From the IMG/VR virus record IMGVR_UViG_3300049259_000045: 64,000 bases of DNA, one strand, 5' to 3'. Under the pieces are notes generated by a model. The model did not search any database and was not told where the DNA came from. It saw only the letters and a list, made by a program, of their open reading frames with translations. The position numbers and the translations under genes are program-made. Below, piece after piece: positions 1-7,266 of this stretch. The stretch's first letter is position 1; the number at the start of each line of letters is the position of its first letter. The stretch is from an uncultured virus (IMG/VR IMGVR_UViG_3300049259_000045). Its lineage: Duplodnaviria; Heunggongvirae; Uroviricota; Caudoviricetes.

Positions 1-1
1 G

Positions 2-601
2 GATGACCGTGTCCTGCACCGTGTACAGGTCGTATCCCGCGTCGTCGTCGTGTCCGCGCGTCGGCAGGGTAACCTCGGGGTACTCCGGGGAGGCCTCGAA
101 GATGAGCGGGGTCGGGCTGAGGTGCGCGTCGATCCGGTCGGCCTCGTATCGGGCACTGGTGTCGACCACCCACGTGGCCAGCTCCGTGATGGAGTCGCCC
201 GGAAGAGTCACCCGGACGTTCGGGTACTCGACCCAACCAGCTACGGTCCAACTCACCTTGGCCACGTGATCCGTGACGATGACGATCGGCTTGCCGGTAA
301 CCAGGAACTGCTCGATCTCCGCCGGAACGCCGTACGTGATGACGTTGGACGGCAGGAACGCCACCAAGGCGCCGGACTGGTCGAGGGCGCTCTGGTTGAT
401 GCGGGTGATGAACGGCTCAGGGGGGTTGCCGCCGGTCTCGAACGCGTCGCGAGGGTTGTACACCGCCCATCCGGAGTTCAGCAGTGCCCGGTGCAGCTTT
501 CCCTCGACCTCCATCAGCTTGACCATGTCGCTGTCCGGCTGACGAGCGAAGTCCACGGGCTGAGCCCAGTAAGCGAGACCGGTCTTGACGTTGGTAGCCA
601 T
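2..601 (-). CDS. Partial (runs off the window): nucleoside 2-deoxyribosyltransferase/dNMP N-glycosidase-like domain fused to a trimeric dUTPase-like domain
   Basis: Not in the ORF track. Manual translation from ATG at 601 (SD AGGAG) gives MATNVKTGLAYWAQPVD...VYNPRD...LVAFLPSNVITYGVPAEIEQFLVTGKPIVIV (NDT-family Gxx-E-x6-GKP motif), then LPTRGHDDDAGYDLY (dUTPase motif I AGYDL). Confidence 0.75.
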   Translation of the reverse strand, partial: MATNVKTGLAYWAQPVDFARQPDSDMVKLMEVEGKLHRALLNSGWAVYNPRDAFETGGNPPEPFITRINQSALDQSGALVAFLPSNVITYGVPAEIEQFLVTGKPIVIVTDHVAKVSWTVAGWVEYPNVRVTLPGDSITELATWVVDTSARYEADRIDAHLSPTPLIFEASPEYPEVTLPTRGHDDDAGYDLYTVQDTVI

Positions 602-623
602 CGTTCTCCTTGTTCCCGGGTTG

Positions 624-650
624 GCCGGGTGGGGCGAGTCCCCACCCGGC
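624..650. terminator. GC-rich hairpin (terminator or processing site)
   Basis: gccgggtgggg-loop-ccccacccggc inverted repeat in the intergenic gap. Confidence 0.45.
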
Positions 651-657
651 AGGTAGT

Positions 658-1098
658 TCAGTACGTTGAAGCTACAGCAGCCACGGTCTCGAAGGCGTGA
701 TGCCACGCCTGGTCGAGGCAGTAACGGCCGTTCATGCCGTTCTCAGTAACGCGTACGAACACCTGCTTGCGCGCGATGTCCGCCACCTTGACCAAGGGGA
801 ACCGTCGATCAGCCACGTAGTGCGTGACTCCCGAGATGGTCAGGGCAGTGACCAGGGACCGGGCGCTGAGATTGACTCCCAGCACCTTGGACCCCACCAC
901 CAATGCCACAGCCTGCGTGCCCACGTAACTGGCGACGTGCGCCGCACACGCCTTGCGACCTTCGGCCGAGGTGTGGCCAGCGTCGCTGTCGCGCCAGTGC
1001 TTGTTACCGGCTTGATGCTCGGATTGGACCCAGTGGTCCGCCACGTCGGCGGCAGCCCGCATCAGTACGTAGCGGGTGACTGCCTCCAGCGCCCTCAC
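658..1098 (-). CDS. DUF3307-like membrane protein
   Basis: ADHWVQ...K...AHV...THYVADRR...DQAWH His/Asp pattern with hydrophobic segments. Confidence 0.65.
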   Translation of the reverse strand: MRALEAVTRYVLMRAAADVADHWVQSEHQAGNKHWRDSDAGHTSAEGRKACAAHVASYVGTQAVALVVGSKVLGVNLSARSLVTALTISGVTHYVADRRFPLVKVADIARKQVFVRVTENGMNGRYCLDQAWHHAFETVAAVASTY

Positions 1099-1463
1099 GG
1101 CCAGCGCCCGTTGGCTCGGATGTACTGAGCCATGGCCATGTAGATCATGAGGTCCTTGAGCGTGTCGACGCTCGGCATCTTGCCGTGGATCATGGAGTCA
1201 GCGACCCGCTGCATCTTGCCGTAGGCGTAGACGAAGCACCCGAGTTCCAACGCCTCGGCAGCGTCGATCTCGCGTCCCTGACCTCGGGCGTACAACCGGC
1301 CCATCGCGGCCAGCGAGTTCGATCCGTACTCCTTGGCCTTGGCTCCGATCATCGGAGCCTCGGACTCCACCAGCTTTACCCACCACTCGGCGAACTCCAC
1401 CGGCACGTTATCCGATGTCAGAGCGCACTCGGGCGAGTTGCTGAGGTCTCCCAGGTCTACCAT
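1095..1463 (-). CDS. All-alpha NTP pyrophosphohydrolase-like protein (DUF1599/MazG-like; MazZ-type role likely)
   Basis: KAKEYG...K..R...DTLKDLMIY pattern; lies immediately downstream of purZ. Confidence 0.55.
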   Translation of the reverse strand: MVDLGDLSNSPECALTSDNVPVEFAEWWVKLVESEAPMIGAKAKEYGSNSLAAMGRLYARGQGREIDAAEALELGCFVYAYGKMQRVADSMIHGKMPSVDTLKDLMIYMAMAQYIRANGRWP

Positions 1464-1478
1464 GCTTGCTGTTCCCCC

Positions 1479-2591
1479 TTACAGGAAGATACCGGTCGCG
1501 GGACCGGTACCGATGAACTTGACTACACCGTTGGTCTCACCCATGACCTTCGAAGTGAGATCGATGATCTGACGCTGGCTGTATCGGTCGATCGCGCTCC
1601 AGGAGCTTTGATCGGCAGCCCCCGGGACCACCGAATCCACCATGGTGAGCGCGATATTGACCGACTTACCGCCGTTGGCCTCCAGTGCGTCCCGAACCAT
1701 GTCCGGGTCCCACTCGCCGACGCGTCGGACCTTGTTGGTGACCGTGGTGCGCTCCTCCGGCAGACCGAGGGCGTCCCATGTGGTCTCGCCCTTGAGCGGT
1801 CCGGAGTTGCCTGCCACGCGGATCGGTCGGACGCGAGCGGCCAACCACACCTGGAACTCGTCAACTGCGTCGTGCCACGGGCTCAACCCGGCCATGGCCA
1901 GGAAGTCGATGGCGCGACAATCCGAGCTGGTGCACTGCGGGTAGCTGCCCGCGTGTTGGCCGAGTCCGTAGCCCTGAGTCCCCTCAACGAGGACCGTGGC
2001 GCCCTCCCGCAGCCAGTTGTAGATCAGGGGAACGGTGTCGGCGCCCCCGATCGTGCTGCCGACCAGGTCCGCCGTTCGCCATACTCGGTCAGCCCGAGCG
2101 GCACCGATGCCTTTGGCGGTGGACCCCAGCCGCTTGACCAGGTCCGAGTCCTGCTCGATCTTGATGTGCTCGCCGGTCAGCACCGTGGCCGATCGGTCTA
2201 CCACCAGCCGACCGCTGACATCGTACCCAGCCAAATCGAGCTGGTCGACTTCGTGGTCGAGAACGCCCAGGTCCACCTCGGACCCAGCGGCGATGACCAG
2301 CATAGCGTCATCGTTGCTGACGGCGGCCACGGGGACGCTACGGAGCTTCCAGCGGTGGCCGTAGCCGAACGCGGGAAACGTCCGTCCTTCCGGCAGGTGG
2401 TGGTCTTCCGGCAGCTGAGCGCACCCCTGCGGGCAACGTCCGATAACGGTGTGCCCGGCATTCGGACCGGCAACTCGGACCGCCACCACAGGCGGCTGTC
2501 CCTGAGACTGTCGGGTGAGGTGATCGGCGACGGCGCCCTTACCTTCGGAGCCGAGTTGAGCACCTGCTACAACAATGAGTCTTCCACCCAC
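1479..2591 (-). CDS. purZ: N6-succino-2-amino-2'-deoxyadenylate synthase (PurA-like, PurZ0 type)
   Basis: GAQLGSEGKG (Ser in place of PurA Asp13), GPNAGHT, GSTAKGIG, EGTQG, YPQCTS, PIRVAGNSGPL, ERTTVTNKVRRVG, TMVD. Confidence 0.9.
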   Translation of the reverse strand: MGGRLIVVAGAQLGSEGKGAVADHLTRQSQGQPPVVAVRVAGPNAGHTVIGRCPQGCAQLPEDHHLPEGRTFPAFGYGHRWKLRSVPVAAVSNDDAMLVIAAGSEVDLGVLDHEVDQLDLAGYDVSGRLVVDRSATVLTGEHIKIEQDSDLVKRLGSTAKGIGAARADRVWRTADLVGSTIGGADTVPLIYNWLREGATVLVEGTQGYGLGQHAGSYPQCTSSDCRAIDFLAMAGLSPWHDAVDEFQVWLAARVRPIRVAGNSGPLKGETTWDALGLPEERTTVTNKVRRVGEWDPDMVRDALEANGGKSVNIALTMVDSVVPGAADQSSWSAIDRYSQRQIIDLTSKVMGETNGVVKFIGTGPATGIFL

Positions 2592-2624
2592 TGACGTACC
2601 TCTTCTCTGTTGTGGTACTACCCT

Positions 2625-2654
2625 ATTCTACCATGGGTGTGGTCTCCGGCACAA
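2625..2654 (-). promoter_or_regulatory. SigA/HrdB-like promoter for the purZ cluster
   Basis: TTGTGC-N18-TAGAAT. Confidence 0.6.
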
Positions 2655-2663
2655 GCCGGGCGG

Positions 2664-3152
2664 CTAGTATCCTTGACCCTTCAACTTTTGGCGTCGGATA
2701 TGATATAGCCCAAGACATTCGCTGTCTTTGGCGTGAGGTCCGTGACCATAGCTGGCCCAAGATCGTATCGGCCTGACCGGAGGACGGAACTCGATCAGTT
2801 TGTACAGCGCCTTGTGATCCACCGGTCTGTACCGACGCATCGGCACGTATGCTCGCCGACAAATGTGCTTCATGGCCCCGATCATCTCGGCAGTCTGGAA
2901 CTCCGAGCCCTGCTGCTCTCCCATCTTCCAACCGAACAGTTGGAACTTCTCGTACACTACGAGCTTGACCTGTCGACGCTGGCATGAGGTCACCAGCCGG
3001 TCGATTGTGGAATCAGGGTCAAGGTGCTCCGAGGTAAGGCACCTGGCCCCACTCCACACAGTGAGACCTACGTTGACGTCACCGGGATCGATCGACCACC
3101 ACTCCCCGGGCAGCAGATCGTCACACGCGAATCCGAGTGGGTCATCTTTCAC
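2664..3152 (-). CDS. RuvC-like Holliday junction resolvase
   Basis: SIDPG, VVYEKF, HAKDS acidic triad pattern. Confidence 0.75.
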   Translation of the reverse strand: MKDDPLGFACDDLLPGEWWSIDPGDVNVGLTVWSGARCLTSEHLDPDSTIDRLVTSCQRRQVKLVVYEKFQLFGWKMGEQQGSEFQTAEMIGAMKHICRRAYVPMRRYRPVDHKALYKLIEFRPPVRPIRSWASYGHGPHAKDSECLGLYHIRRQKLKGQGY

Positions 3153-3480
3153 GGGCTGGAAACCTCCTGTTATCGTCCGGAGGGATGAAGATGTACCGCA
3201 GAGCCTGCCCGTCCGGGGTCAACCGAATGGACGATCCTAGTCCGTTGGTCAACATGGGGGGCGCCCAGTCCGGTTGGTACAGAGCCACCTTGAGCTGAGA
3301 CAGGTCAAGAGTGGGCTGAAACACCGCCTCCAACCCGACGGACGGGTCTGGGACAGCCACCGCTCCGTCATGCATCAGGGCCCACCCGGGTAGTTCGAAT
3401 CTGTCCCCATCGAAGGGTCCGCCAACGAATTCCGCCACCTTGCCGGACAGCATCAGGCGCGCGTTGAACTCGGCTGTCAT
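3142..3480 (-). CDS. Hypothetical protein
   Basis: ATG at 3480 overlaps the upstream stop; FVGGPFDG motif. Confidence 0.55.
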   Translation of the reverse strand: MTAEFNARLMLSGKVAEFVGGPFDGDRFELPGWALMHDGAVAVPDPSVGLEAVFQPTLDLSQLKVALYQPDWAPPMLTNGLGSSIRLTPDGQALRYIFIPPDDNRRFPARER

Positions 3481-4070
3481 ACTTCCACCCCCAGTTGGTC
3501 GAACACGTCCCGAGCCCACAGTGCGTCAACCAAGGCGGTGTGTCCCTCGCCCTTCTTGGGCGGTTCGACGCCGATCCGGCGAGAAATCGAGTACGAATCC
3601 CAGGGCAACGTTACGGATTCGCCACGCCCGAGCAGCACGCCAGCGGCCAGCTCCAGCGCGTTTACTACCCGGTAATGCCATGGAGCCTGTCCGAGCAGTT
3701 CCCGCAGGAACGAAGCGTCGAACGCCGTGTTGGATCCGATCAGAATGGCCTTCATCAGCCGCCACGTGATGTCTTCGATCGCCTCGGCTCGGGTCATCGG
3801 GTAGGCTGCGCCGTCCACGATCCACGCGGCTTCGGAACCCTCCGGCACCATGAACCGCTCATGGAACCGGTTGATCTCCAGCGCTTTCGGCTCGGCCCTG
3901 TCGAGGTAGTGCGGACGGATCTGCCAGACCCCCACCAGCTCGGGGTTGGTGTAGAGCGACATGCGCTTGACGCGCTGCACAATGGCGATTTCCCAGGTTT
4001 CGTGAACCTTGGGGATAAGACCGGTGGTCTCCACATCGGCGAAGTCGAAGGTTATGATGTCAGTAGACAT
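3477..4070 (-). CDS. DnaQ-like (DEDDh) 3'-5' exonuclease
   Basis: DVETTGL, SNTAFD, HTALVDA; start reassigned to ATG 4070 (TGATG coupling). Confidence 0.85.
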   Translation of the reverse strand: MSTDIITFDFADVETTGLIPKVHETWEIAIVQRVKRMSLYTNPELVGVWQIRPHYLDRAEPKALEINRFHERFMVPEGSEAAWIVDGAAYPMTRAEAIEDITWRLMKAILIGSNTAFDASFLRELLGQAPWHYRVVNALELAAGVLLGRGESVTLPWDSYSISRRIGVEPPKKGEGHTALVDALWARDVFDQLGVEV

Positions 4071-4246
4071 CAGGAGTCTCCCGTCAGATAGGGGTTCATT
4101 GCGCTGCCCAACCGAGGGCGGTCGGGCCGGTAAATCTGGTGACACTCGCATCCGCAAACGCAACAGTCTTCGCTGCGTCGGCAGTGCCCAGGGCAACCCT
4201 CGTGATTGCCCTGGGCACAATCCGGAATCAAAGGCCGGTCGGCCAA
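4070..4246 (-). CDS. Small Cys/His-rich protein (58 aa)
   Basis: Manual translation MADRPLIPDCAQGNHEGCPGHCRRSEDCCVCGCECHQ...; fills the gap between polymerase and DnaQ and is coupled to DnaQ. Confidence 0.55.
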   Translation of the reverse strand: MADRPLIPDCAQGNHEGCPGHCRRSEDCCVCGCECHQIYRPDRPRLGSAMNPYLTGDS

Positions 4247-4249
4247 CGA

Positions 4250-6601
4250 TCAGCCTTTCTCGTCCCAGCGGTCGGGAGAAATCCCCCAGTTCATGTGCCG
4301 CTTCCGGACCGAGAAGTATTGTTCGAAGCACTTCTGACCGATCTCGGACACTAGCTGAGCCTCCTTGTGCCCCTTCTCGTCGTCGGTGTGCTCGGTAACC
4401 AACGAGTCGTGAATCTGGAGGAGCAGGACGCCCGGAAGCTGGCGCTCGATCTCCAGCATCCAGTAGATCATAGCACGGGCCAAGTTGCCCTGAATGATCT
4501 GGTTGACCGCGCTATTGGTCTTCTCACTCAGGCCGTACACTCGACGCCAGCCGTCCAGCATCGTCAGGTAGCCGCAGCCGCCCTCCCAGCGGGTGACCTT
4601 GTGGGTAGCCTGGTCGGTCAGCCTCTTGAATTCGGGATAGGTCTTGAAGAAGCTGGCGATAGCCGCCTTAGTGTCCGCCATCGAGATGGGAATGCCGGAC
4701 GCTGCTTCGATTTGGGTCATCAGGGCGTAGACACCGCCACCGTACAGGATGCCGAACGTACCACGCTTGGCCGCGTTCCGGAGGTCGTAGAACCGGGGAT
4801 GGTCCTTGTCGACACCGAACAGGGCCATAGCGTTCATCGCGTGGAGGTCAGCGCCAGCGTCGAGGGCATCCCACAGCTTAGTCGAGTTGGCAATGATGGT
4901 GACCACGCGCATCTCGCCGGTGGCGAGGTCGTGCTCGGCCTGGAAGCGGCCAGACCCGGGACGGGGTCCGATGAGCTTCCGGACGGGCACCGTGTCCTCC
5001 GGGATGAGTCCGCCGTGCGGGATGGCCTGAGCCTGCCAGCGGCCCACCGCGAGGCGCCCGGACACCGTTCCTCCGGCCGCGTCTGTGGCGCGGTCGAAAT
5101 CGCTCTTGGTCTGCTTATACCGGGTCCGAATCCGGCCGTCCTTGCCGGTTCGCATGGCCCAACCGGTGTACCACTTCGAGTCGGAGTTCCGCATCTTGGT
5201 CCACTGCATCATCTCCTTGGCCCAAGGTCGGTTCTCCGCCACCAGCTTCCGCAGCTCGGGGATGTCGAGTTTCGGCTGGCCGGTCTTCTCGGTGCGTTCG
5301 GTCGGTTCCAGCCCCATTCCGTTCTTGCCGTTGCATCCTGAGCAGGAGGCAGAGCACGAAGTCGGGTACGTAACCCGCTCGGCCCAGGGGTCGCCGTCTT
5401 CCGGTGACGGCATCTCGATCTGGCTGGCCTCCGGGCAGACCGGCCCGAAGTAGAACCTCTTGGCCTGCATGACCTTGGAGGGGTCGAACGGCATTGTGTA
5501 CGACAGCCGGTGGTGACGATCCCGGAGCTTGGCGCCCTCGGCCAGAGAGTCCTCGACAGCGTACTCGACGCCTCGACGCTCCATGCGGTAGAGGGTGGTC
5601 CGCAGCTCCATCTCGGTGCGGAGCAGTTCCCAGAATCCGGGCAACGTCTCGCCTGCTTCGGCGGATCCGACCTGGTAGTCCTTGAGCCGATAGGTGAGGT
5701 TGGTGTCCTTGGCCGCGTACCGGCCCATTGCGCCGCACCACGGCAACAGGTCGTAGCGTTTGGTCATCTTGACGCCGATCTTGGCCAGCTCCAGTTTCAG
5801 CTCTTCGGCCTCGGTGCCCTCGTCCTCCCCCCACAGACGCTTGGCGGTCTTCTTGAGGGCTGCAGGCTCGATCGGGTCGATCAGCTGCTTTTGGATGACC
5901 ATGGTGCACCAGATCTGGCGACGCCGAACAGCCGGGTTGATCAGAGGTTCGAGCGTCGGCTCCATCATATGCAGCCGTTGGGGCTTGTTCAGTTCCCAGG
6001 TGCCGGGCTCGCTGTCCGGGTCCCAAGCTCCCCAACCATCCCAGATGTCCGGGTTGCCGCCAGCCCCTGCACGTAGTCCGGCTGCAAACTCCGGCATGTC
6101 GTGAATCGAGTTGTGCATGGTCAGCGAGTCGCGCCGGTCCAACCACGCAATCAGGTTGGCGTAGTCGGTCGCGGGCAGGTTGGGCATGGCCAGCTCGGGC
6201 GTGACCTCGTAGCCCAGCACCTTCGACATAGCGACCAAGATCCGGTCCTGCTCGGCCTGGTCAATAACGCCAAACACGGCGTGGCCGGTGTCCGGGTCTT
6301 CGGTCGGCTTACCGGGCTTGCCCAGAACAGGGCCCTGATCGAACGGCCACGCGAAGTCGAGCAGCTCGCCCGGCTCTACGCTCTTGATGTTGCCATGAGC
6401 GTCGTATCGAGTCACTGGCTGACGGAAGCTGACCGACACCACGGAGATCCGAGCCTCGGGCTGCGGCGGATTGTTGCCGGACTTGAAGGGCTCTCCGTCC
6501 TTGTAAAGGCCGGACCCCTCGGTGTCCACGCTGACATCCCAACCGGGCGGAAGTTCCGGCAGCAGGTCGTCGCCAACCTTGGTGAGTTGGGTAATCGGCA
6601 T
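4250..6601 (-). CDS. Family A DNA polymerase (candidate DpoZ)
   Basis: Exo motifs DTEGSGL, HNSIHD, YAAKD; GTVSGRL; motif A DLATGEMR; motif B RNAAKRGTFGILYGGG; motif C QIHD. Confidence 0.9.
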   Translation of the reverse strand: MPITQLTKVGDDLLPELPPGWDVSVDTEGSGLYKDGEPFKSGNNPPQPEARISVVSVSFRQPVTRYDAHGNIKSVEPGELLDFAWPFDQGPVLGKPGKPTEDPDTGHAVFGVIDQAEQDRILVAMSKVLGYEVTPELAMPNLPATDYANLIAWLDRRDSLTMHNSIHDMPEFAAGLRAGAGGNPDIWDGWGAWDPDSEPGTWELNKPQRLHMMEPTLEPLINPAVRRRQIWCTMVIQKQLIDPIEPAALKKTAKRLWGEDEGTEAEELKLELAKIGVKMTKRYDLLPWCGAMGRYAAKDTNLTYRLKDYQVGSAEAGETLPGFWELLRTEMELRTTLYRMERRGVEYAVEDSLAEGAKLRDRHHRLSYTMPFDPSKVMQAKRFYFGPVCPEASQIEMPSPEDGDPWAERVTYPTSCSASCSGCNGKNGMGLEPTERTEKTGQPKLDIPELRKLVAENRPWAKEMMQWTKMRNSDSKWYTGWAMRTGKDGRIRTRYKQTKSDFDRATDAAGGTVSGRLAVGRWQAQAIPHGGLIPEDTVPVRKLIGPRPGSGRFQAEHDLATGEMRVVTIIANSTKLWDALDAGADLHAMNAMALFGVDKDHPRFYDLRNAAKRGTFGILYGGGVYALMTQIEAASGIPISMADTKAAIASFFKTYPEFKRLTDQATHKVTRWEGGCGYLTMLDGWRRVYGLSEKTNSAVNQIIQGNLARAMIYWMLEIERQLPGVLLLQIHDSLVTEHTDDEKGHKEAQLVSEIGQKCFEQYFSVRKRHMNWGISPDRWDEKG

Positions 6602-6619
6602 CTATCGATGTCCTTCCGG

Positions 6620-6832
6620 TCAGTCGGTGTTGAGTTGGTAGTTCTGTATCAGATTGAAGTATACCACGGTGGCGCTGACGTACTCGGTGCGCCTCATAAC
6701 AACGTCGTCCCGAATGGTGTTGAAAGCCGACTTGTACGTGTCACCTTCCACCGGTACGTAGATGCCGTCTTCGGTGGCGTGTTTGTCGGATCCGGGGTCG
6801 CGGATCGTTATCACGTAGTGGTATTCCATCAT
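6620..6832 (-). CDS. Hypothetical protein
   Basis: GGAG SD before ATG; fills the gap. Confidence 0.5.
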   Translation of the reverse strand: MMEYHYVITIRDPGSDKHATEDGIYVPVEGDTYKSAFNTIRDDVVMRRTEYVSATVVYFNLIQNYQLNTD

Positions 6833-6914
6833 CTCCGCCGGGTACAGGTAGGGGGTGGAGCGGAAGACACCCACCCCACCCCCTAGTAAAACACACAAAC
6901 GGGGCACTACACAA

Positions 6915-7145
6915 TTACCCCGAGAAGTACAGGAACGACACGACAGCCACGGCCGTGGCGCCGATCGAGGCGAACGCGATCATCAGCAGCGAGCCCACGA
7001 TGGTGGCAACAGCTGCCAAGAACCGACCGGTTTTCCGCCACCACGTGACCGGTGGAACAGGCTCCGGGTCGAAATAGCAGAGATCTTTGCACGTCTCGCA
7101 CCAGGCGCCGATCTTGAGATTCGGGCTGGTGTCTTGCATGGTCAC
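6915..7145 (-). CDS. Small membrane protein with CxxC
   Basis: C-terminal hydrophobic helices; SD GGGGA. Confidence 0.5.
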   Translation of the reverse strand: MTMQDTSPNLKIGAWCETCKDLCYFDPEPVPPVTWWRKTGRFLAAVATIVGSLLMIAFASIGATAVAVVSFLYFSG

Positions 7146-7158
7146 GTTGTTTCCCCTG

Positions 7159-7266
7159 TCAGCGGTACGAGAGTATAACGTCGGCGGTCACCAGAAACCC
7201 GAGGGTAGCCAGAAAACCTACAGTCAGTACTGCCAGGAACTTGGCAGTGTCGATCAGGAGCTTCAC
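7159..7266 (-). CDS. 35-aa single-TM peptide
   Basis: GTGA overlap with the helicase stop; MKLLIDTAKFLAVLTVGFLATLGFLVTADVILSYR. Confidence 0.45.
   Translation of the reverse strand: MKLLIDTAKFLAVLTVGFLATLGFLVTADVILSYR

Noticed and set aside
1479..2591. Ordinary adenylosuccinate synthetase purA
   Set aside because: The catalytic Asp of GDEGKG is Ser, and the gene context matches Z-DNA clusters.
5320..5445. Intein in the DNA polymerase
   Set aside because: Too short, with no C-terminal HN/C-S-T splice motif.
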